Positions 39,446-45,001 of a stretch of DNA of 45,001 nucleotides are shown one piece after another. Origin of the DNA: Promethearchaeota archaeon (GTDB lineage Archaea > Asgardarchaeota > Lokiarchaeia > Sigyniarchaeales > SOKP01). The stretch lies in the NCBI GenBank assembly GCA_004524535.1, contig SDNY01000011.1:1-45001 (forward strand). The letters are read 5' to 3'. The notes under the pieces were generated by a model. The model was not told the DNA's origin and did no database searches. It saw nothing but the letters and a program-made list of their open reading frames with translations. Numbering within the stretch: the stretch's first letter is position 1; the number at the start of each line of letters is the position of its first letter. A program made the position numbers and the translations under genes.

Positions 39446-41382
39446 CTACTATTGGTATTATTATAATCGTCAATTATTTTCTTAGCAATATTTTTATCTT
39501 CATAGATTCTATGCGATAGATGAATGAATTTATTGTGAATAACTTTATGACAATTCGCACAAATATATCCGACTTTTTCTTGTTCTAAAATCTTAACAAT
39601 CTCAGAGCAAGAAAGATCATATAGTTTAGAAGCATTTATTGTCTTAGTCTTTTTATCAGCATGATGACCGACAATAGCTGGTAGGTGTTTTACTACACTA
39701 AATTCCTTACAAGCTGAACAATATTTCCCATAAAAAGTCTCTATTATATGCTTTCGCTTTAGTTTTCTTTTAATATATTTTCTTATCTCTCTTTTATCTT
39801 CTAAGGATTTATTCTTTGTCTTACGAAAGTTGTTTATTGATGTCCTAATAAGTATGTGAATCAATTCTGCGGGTAAGGAAAAAATATTTTCCCAGTTGAT
39901 AAGATATTGAAAATAACGATAATATTTATTGTGATATTTAACTTTATGATGGTTTCTACATACAAGCTTCACATTTTCTGATTCCATCAATTTTATCATA
40001 TAATCTAAAAAATTTGGATTAGCTCTATTCTCAGAAAACAAATGGTATAGGTAGCTTTCATTAAATTCAATCTTTTTCTCTTTTTTATGATGGAATTCCA
40101 AAGCACTTAATCTAGAAATATCTGTATTAATTACCAAACCTTCTTTCGAACATTCAAGACATTTTCCTTTTCCATCTTTAAAATACTTCCCTCCATAAAT
40201 GTTTTTAATTGCGTAAAGCAATAATTTACTTCCGATAATCTTTCTATACTCACGAGAAATTATCCGATTTGCTTTCAATTGATCCTTAGGCTGATCTTTT
40301 GAAGCGGTAGAACGATTTGGAAAAAAATCGGAATGTCTGGATTTCTTCAAAAAATCAACAATGTCGATAACATTCTTGTGAAAATTGGCAGATGTCGATA
40401 ATAAGTTTATACCTTTTTCTTCCAAAAAATCTGTTAATGGTTTAATTACGAGAGTAGCACCAATCTTTTTGTGAATATTGCTTGTAATAATCAAAAGTTT
40501 TATTAGCTTACCTAAATCAGTAAAGTATTTAATAAATTTGTCTTTATCTTGATTAACCATCTGTTGAAGTACTTTAATGTCTTTTTGTGTTAGTTGCTGT
40601 GGAAGCTCAATGTTTTTTTGGACATTATCTTTTAAACGCATAACTAATTTGGATATTTTAATCTCGTTACTCATTATTTCTTCAAAAAAAAATAGTGAAA
40701 TGATTTTTTTAATATTATCAAATCCCCATGTAGTATAAGATAATCCAATTCTCGGATATAGATGTTTAAAGTATTTATTATAATATCTAGCAATATTATC
40801 TGAACTTATACCACTTATATTAGACATATATGACGTGGTAATTTTAGGCATGTTTTCGTTTGAAGAAGCAACAGTATAAATAATATTAGCAGCAATATTC
40901 TTAAGATTTGCGGTTATACGGATTGTAAATCCGCCTTTTTCTGCTCTTGAAATATGGCTATCTAATATCTTTTCAGATTTCAATAAAAGATTCTTCTTCT
41001 GTTCCGCCGTACATTCAATTAAATCAATAAATTTTTTAAGATATTCTAATACAATTTCTCGAAAATTAAGAATATGAATGGCTAAAGAATCGGTTATATC
41101 ATCTTCAATAGGTTCTTCAGAGATAAATCTCTTTTCATTTGTCAGAAGGGGGATACTACATTCTTCATTTGGACAACATATAGGTTCTTCATTCCAGTTT
41201 AAATCTTCTGTAGAATCTTCAATAGTCAATTTTTTCATGGGGAGGTCAATATTTGTATTCATGTTATTATTAGGTAAATCATCCCTTCTCTTAGCTGGAG
41301 TTTGAAGAGATTTATTTTCGCCGATACAAAATGGATCATCATCATGATATTCTCCAAACTCATCATCTTTATCTTCGGGCAC
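39403..41382 (-). CDS. Multidomain protein with a TFIIB/cyclin-like repeat and two HNH-like Zn-binding domains (apparently frameshifted near its 3' end)
   Basis: NIAANIIYTV...ITTSYMSNISGISSDNIARYY (TFIIB-like); CLEC...ALEFHH...VCRNHH and CSAC...IVGHHAD...ICANCHKVIH (HNH-like). Confidence 0.7.
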   Translation of the reverse strand: MPEDKDDEFGEYHDDDPFCIGENKSLQTPAKRRDDLPNNNMNTNIDLPMKKLTIEDSTEDLNWNEEPICCPNEECSIPLLTNEKRFISEEPIEDDITDSLAIHILNFREIVLEYLKKFIDLIECTAEQKKNLLLKSEKILDSHISRAEKGGFTIRITANLKNIAANIIYTVASSNENMPKITTSYMSNISGISSDNIARYYNKYFKHLYPRIGLSYTTWGFDNIKKIISLFFFEEIMSNEIKISKLVMRLKDNVQKNIELPQQLTQKDIKVLQQMVNQDKDKFIKYFTDLGKLIKLLIITSNIHKKIGATLVIKPLTDFLEEKGINLLSTSANFHKNVIDIVDFLKKSRHSDFFPNRSTASKDQPKDQLKANRIISREYRKIIGSKLLLYAIKNIYGGKYFKDGKGKCLECSKEGLVINTDISRLSALEFHHKKEKKIEFNESYLYHLFSENRANPNFLDYMIKLMESENVKLVCRNHHKVKYHNKYYRYFQYLINWENIFSLPAELIHILIRTSINNFRKTKNKSLEDKREIRKYIKRKLKRKHIIETFYGKYCSACKEFSVVKHLPAIVGHHADKKTKTINASKLYDLSCSEIVKILEQEKVGYICANCHKVIHNKFIHLSHRIYEDKNIAKKIIDDYNNTNSRYTLSVVQFQLLIL

Positions 41383-41527
41383 TATAAAACCTCAAGTCAG
41401 TTTCTAATAAATATATTCTTTTAATCATTTAAATATGTTTTATCTTAATAAAATAAAACAAAAAGTTATTATAAATAAAAAGAGTTAACAGATTTTCAAA
41501 AATCGAAAATTAGAATCTTACTTCTAA

Positions 41528-44197
41528 TTAATCTTTTATTTTTTCAATAATTTCTGGAATCTGAGATATTTGAATTTTATACTTTTGATCTAAGTTGTTG
41601 AGACCTTCTGAGATATTTTTAATGCTTTCTAAACTATAAATTAGATTCTCTAGGTAATCGATCGTATCTCCTCGATAAATTTTTATTTTATATTCTTCTT
41701 CTAAGTATTGAATTATTTGTTCTATTGAAAATCCTTCAGTTCTTAAATTAAGGATTAAATTTTCAAGATTCAATCTTCCACAATCGCAATACGGATTATC
41801 TTTACATTTACAATTAAAAATATCTTGGATAATTTTCATAATGAAATCAATGAATTCTTGCGAGAATTTTTTTCTCTTTTTAATGTTCTCAGCTGAGAAT
41901 AATGATAACACTGATGCACTAAATAAATTGTTAGAAAAATATTTCATACTTACATTTTTAGATAAATCTGCTACGATCTTTTTAGAGATATATACATTCT
42001 TTAACGGTTTTAAGTCAAGTGCCAAATCTAATACGCTTTCAATTTTATTTAATTTTAATTTTTCTATAATATCTAAACTCTGATCAACTGTAAGAAAAGA
42101 TTTCGATACAGATTGTCCTAAATTAGTTGGTTTATGAATGAAATTTTCTTTTATTTTTATCAATTTCAAAGAATTTAATTTTTTTAATATTTGGTCGAGA
42201 TTATAATCTTGATTAATTAATAAATCGTAGAACGCATAAATTTGATCTAATTCAATTCCTTGATTAAACATTGAGATAAACGCGAGCAATTCCGTAATTG
42301 ATTTATCTTCGTCGGGAATTAATTCGAAATCTTTAATTTTTCCATTTAATAATTTAATTGCTATATTTTCTTCTGTAATTTTCATTTTTGGCGAATAAAT
42401 TTTCCCAGGCTCAACAAGTAAATATGTCAACCCCAAATCATGCTTTCCTAATCTACCAGCTCTTCCTAACATTTGCTCAAATTCGGCTACTGTTAACCAT
42501 TTTATTCCCATCGCTAAAGATTCGAATATTACTTGTCGTGCTGGAAGATCTACACCTGCTGCTAAAGCTGCCGTTGCCACCACTCCAGCTATTTCCTGTT
42601 TTTGAAATTCTAACTCAATTGCTTTTCTTTCTTCACTTGTTAGACCACTATGGTATGATCTAACGTAAATATTCCTATTCTGAAGATATGCTGTTAAGGC
42701 TTCGCATTTTTTCCGTGTATTTGTAAATATGATTGATTGTCCTTTAAAACCATAGTTTGATTTTCTTTTAAAAGCCGCTCGCACAATTTTCGAAATTAAT
42801 TGATGTTTTCTTTGTTCATTTAAAGCTAATATTAGATGCCGCTCAATTGGAACAGGCCTATTATTATATTGAATTAAAGAAGCATTTAATTTTTGTGCAA
42901 GTGTTTTTGGTTCTCCAATAGTAGCACTAAGATATAAATATTGAGAATTTCTATACAGCGACTTTAACCGAGCGATAAAACCGTCTAATAAAAAACCTCG
43001 GTCAGGATCGATCAAGGTTTGAATTTCATCAATAATAATTGTACCAATATTTCCTAATCGCTCTTTGTTTCCACTTCTTAAGATATAATCGATTGCTTCA
43101 TAAGTAGCTATAATGATGTCGGCATTTATTAAATCCTCTAAATTATCCTCTTCTTCCTTTTTATCAAGCAAAGATTCTCCTACTCTTTTAATAATTCTCA
43201 GATTAAGAGGCTTATACTTTTTCTTGAACTCTTCTGTTCTTATATTAGCTAACGCAACAATGGGAACCAAATATAACATTTTCTTTTTATCATTTAATAT
43301 CTTTGAAACTCCTGCCAATTCTCCAACTAAAGTTTTGCCTCCTGAAGTTGGCGCCATTATTAATTGATCCATACGGTCTGAAAGCAGACCATTATCTATA
43401 GAAATCGCTTGAATTGGTAAAAGCGTAGATATCTTTAAATCTTCTATAACTCTTTTTAAGGATTCTGGCACATTAAGATTTTTTACTTTATAATTAAGAT
43501 ATTTTTGGCTTACAGCTGGATTCTTTTCGACGTCATATAGTGTAATTTCTCTATTGCCAACAGGATTAAAATCAGATTTAAAAGCGCTTAAAACTTTCTT
43601 AACATCTTTAAATTTCAAAATCATGTGATTAAAGAAATTTTTCAATTTAGGATTAATACGCTGATCCATGGTTAACAGACCAATAAGCTGTGCTTCTCTT
43701 ATAATGATATCCATAGCACACTTAGAACAAATTATATCATTTTTATACGATTTTATCTGAATATTTTTATCCAATATCGTAAATTTTCCATCATCTAAAC
43801 ATAATTTACAAAATGTTAATTGAGTTATCTTATCTTTATCTAATTGAAGATTTTTAAGCATCTCTATTATAGGTGCAAATTCTTTTGATTCTGTTAGACT
43901 CGAAAACGCTATAAATTTATTTTCCTCAGCAACCAAGAATTTTTTAAAAAGACGAGGATCTATAGGTATTTGATTTTGTTTTCCCTCCTCCTGAGTTTTT
44001 GTAAATTTTAAGGGGCGCATTTTATTTTTAATATCTAAACCGAATGTAACTACTCCTCTAAAGAATGGCTCATTCACATAAGACATGGTTTTCGAGCGCG
44101 ATTTTAAATAGAAAAAATTAACATTAAAAATTAACTCGATTTTTTGCTTCTGTATTTTATCAATAACTATAAAGTAATTCTTTAAAGGAATAGTCAA
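41528..44197 (-). CDS. Archaeal superfamily II (Ski2-like) helicase with a C-terminal Cys-rich (DUF5814-like) domain
   Basis: LLPIQ, APTSGGKT, DEIQ, LSAT, YHSGL, ALAAGVDLPA, QMLGRAGR, CKCKDNPYCDCG. Start uncertain (TTG 44197 or ATG 44086). Confidence 0.92.
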   Translation of the reverse strand: MTIPLKNYFIVIDKIQKQKIELIFNVNFFYLKSRSKTMSYVNEPFFRGVVTFGLDIKNKMRPLKFTKTQEEGKQNQIPIDPRLFKKFLVAEENKFIAFSSLTESKEFAPIIEMLKNLQLDKDKITQLTFCKLCLDDGKFTILDKNIQIKSYKNDIICSKCAMDIIIREAQLIGLLTMDQRINPKLKNFFNHMILKFKDVKKVLSAFKSDFNPVGNREITLYDVEKNPAVSQKYLNYKVKNLNVPESLKRVIEDLKISTLLPIQAISIDNGLLSDRMDQLIMAPTSGGKTLVGELAGVSKILNDKKKMLYLVPIVALANIRTEEFKKKYKPLNLRIIKRVGESLLDKKEEEDNLEDLINADIIIATYEAIDYILRSGNKERLGNIGTIIIDEIQTLIDPDRGFLLDGFIARLKSLYRNSQYLYLSATIGEPKTLAQKLNASLIQYNNRPVPIERHLILALNEQRKHQLISKIVRAAFKRKSNYGFKGQSIIFTNTRKKCEALTAYLQNRNIYVRSYHSGLTSEERKAIELEFQKQEIAGVVATAALAAGVDLPARQVIFESLAMGIKWLTVAEFEQMLGRAGRLGKHDLGLTYLLVEPGKIYSPKMKITEENIAIKLLNGKIKDFELIPDEDKSITELLAFISMFNQGIELDQIYAFYDLLINQDYNLDQILKKLNSLKLIKIKENFIHKPTNLGQSVSKSFLTVDQSLDIIEKLKLNKIESVLDLALDLKPLKNVYISKKIVADLSKNVSMKYFSNNLFSASVLSLFSAENIKKRKKFSQEFIDFIMKIIQDIFNCKCKDNPYCDCGRLNLENLILNLRTEGFSIEQIIQYLEEEYKIKIYRGDTIDYLENLIYSLESIKNISEGLNNLDQKYKIQISQIPEIIEKIKD

Positions 44198-44395
44198 GTG
44201 GTAACACAGCTATAAGTTTTCTAAATTTAAATCAGTATATAATGCTATAAGGATTTATCGAATGTTAATTTTATTATTTCTTAATAATAAATTCTTTTTT
44301 TAAAATTATTTTAACAAGATACAAAAAGTTGAAAAACAAACAGTTTTAAAGGTCAAAAGTGAACACAATAAGAAATATAAGTTAAAATATAAAGG

Positions 44396-44557
44396 TTAAA
44401 AGCCAAATATTTGTTTAATTTTATCATAAACTGCTTTTATTTGTCTAAGTTTAGTCTCATCACCCAAGTTTAAAAAATGCTCAATCCATTCGGCAAAGCT
44501 TCCACCTTTAATCCAATCCACAAAATACTGTACAGCTAATTTTTCCTCGTCCGACAT
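44396..44557 (-). CDS. Small hypothetical protein (53 aa), below the ORF-track cutoff
   Basis: MSDEEKLAVQYFVDWIKGGSFAEWIEHFLNLGDETKLRQIKAVYDKIKQIFGF*; higher GC than its flanks and amphipathic helical composition. Confidence 0.7.
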   Translation of the reverse strand: MSDEEKLAVQYFVDWIKGGSFAEWIEHFLNLGDETKLRQIKAVYDKIKQIFGF

Positions 44558-44695
44558 TGTTACTCAAAGATAATTTTAATTTTCTTATATTATTTATTAA
44601 TTAAAAGTTCTTATTATAAAAAAAATAACATATTATACTTATAATTTTTTATAAAAAAGAAATTGATAATTTTGAAATAATGGAGAAAATAAAAT

Positions 44696-45001
44696 ATGCC
44701 AGATGTACGTATTAAGACCCCAAACCTCGATGATATCTTCGAGAGATGGAAAGATAAAGCAGGGAGGACGCAACGTAAACAAATGGAAAAACAGTTTGGG
44801 ACAAAAGGCTCTGTGTTTACATTAGATGCGATCTCTGCCGCTGAATATGTCATCCCGCCTGCCCTTAAAGGAGCAGCTATTTATTTTTCAATAAAAAAAA
44901 CTGTTGCGGCTTCTTCGGTTAAAGAAGAAAAAATAGTCCTCGCACCAAGATTAGGTCGTGAAACTTTTTATTCTTTCAAAGGAAGCAGGGATATTGATAA
45001 G
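44696..45001 (+). CDS. Hypothetical protein, 3'-truncated by the window edge
   Basis: Open from ATG 44696 to the end: MPDVRIKTPNLDDIFERWKDKAGRTQRKQMEKQFGTKG... Confidence 0.75.
   Translation, partial: MPDVRIKTPNLDDIFERWKDKAGRTQRKQMEKQFGTKGSVFTLDAISAAEYVIPPALKGAAIYFSIKKTVAASSVKEEKIVLAPRLGRETFYSFKGSRDIDK

Noticed and set aside
44188-44215. TAGTCAAGTGGTAACAC resembling a tRNA D-arm
   Set aside because: No T-arm (GTTCRA) or acceptor stem, and it overlaps the possible helicase start.
44614-44853. 79-aa minus-strand ORF
   Set aside because: Overlaps the more credible + strand gene starting at 44696 and runs into AT-rich spacer.

Overview
A very AT-rich archaeal window. Its gene content (actin-related protein, roadblock and longin-like domains, LRR protein, TFB, RadA, archaeal SF2 helicase) points to an Asgard archaeon, most likely Lokiarchaeia; this assignment is an inference. 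It holds about 30 protein-coding genes, and I see no rRNA, tRNA, CRISPR array or transposase. The best hidden signal is a probable selenoprotein missed by the ORF track (minus strand, 6099..5722). It has an in-frame UGA in a UxxxxC motif and a eukaryote-type SECIS hairpin (AUGA...AAA...GA) starting 4 nt after its stop. Other highlights: a frameshifted TFIIB-cyclin/2xHNH/winged-helix fusion gene, an actin homologue with a tandem zinc-ribbon insertion, a 2116-aa receptor-like surface protein with a cytoplasmic longin-like domain, and a lipid-linked glycosylation locus with tandem GT-C-like paralogues plus a third relic copy. All calls come from reading motifs by eye; no database searches were run.
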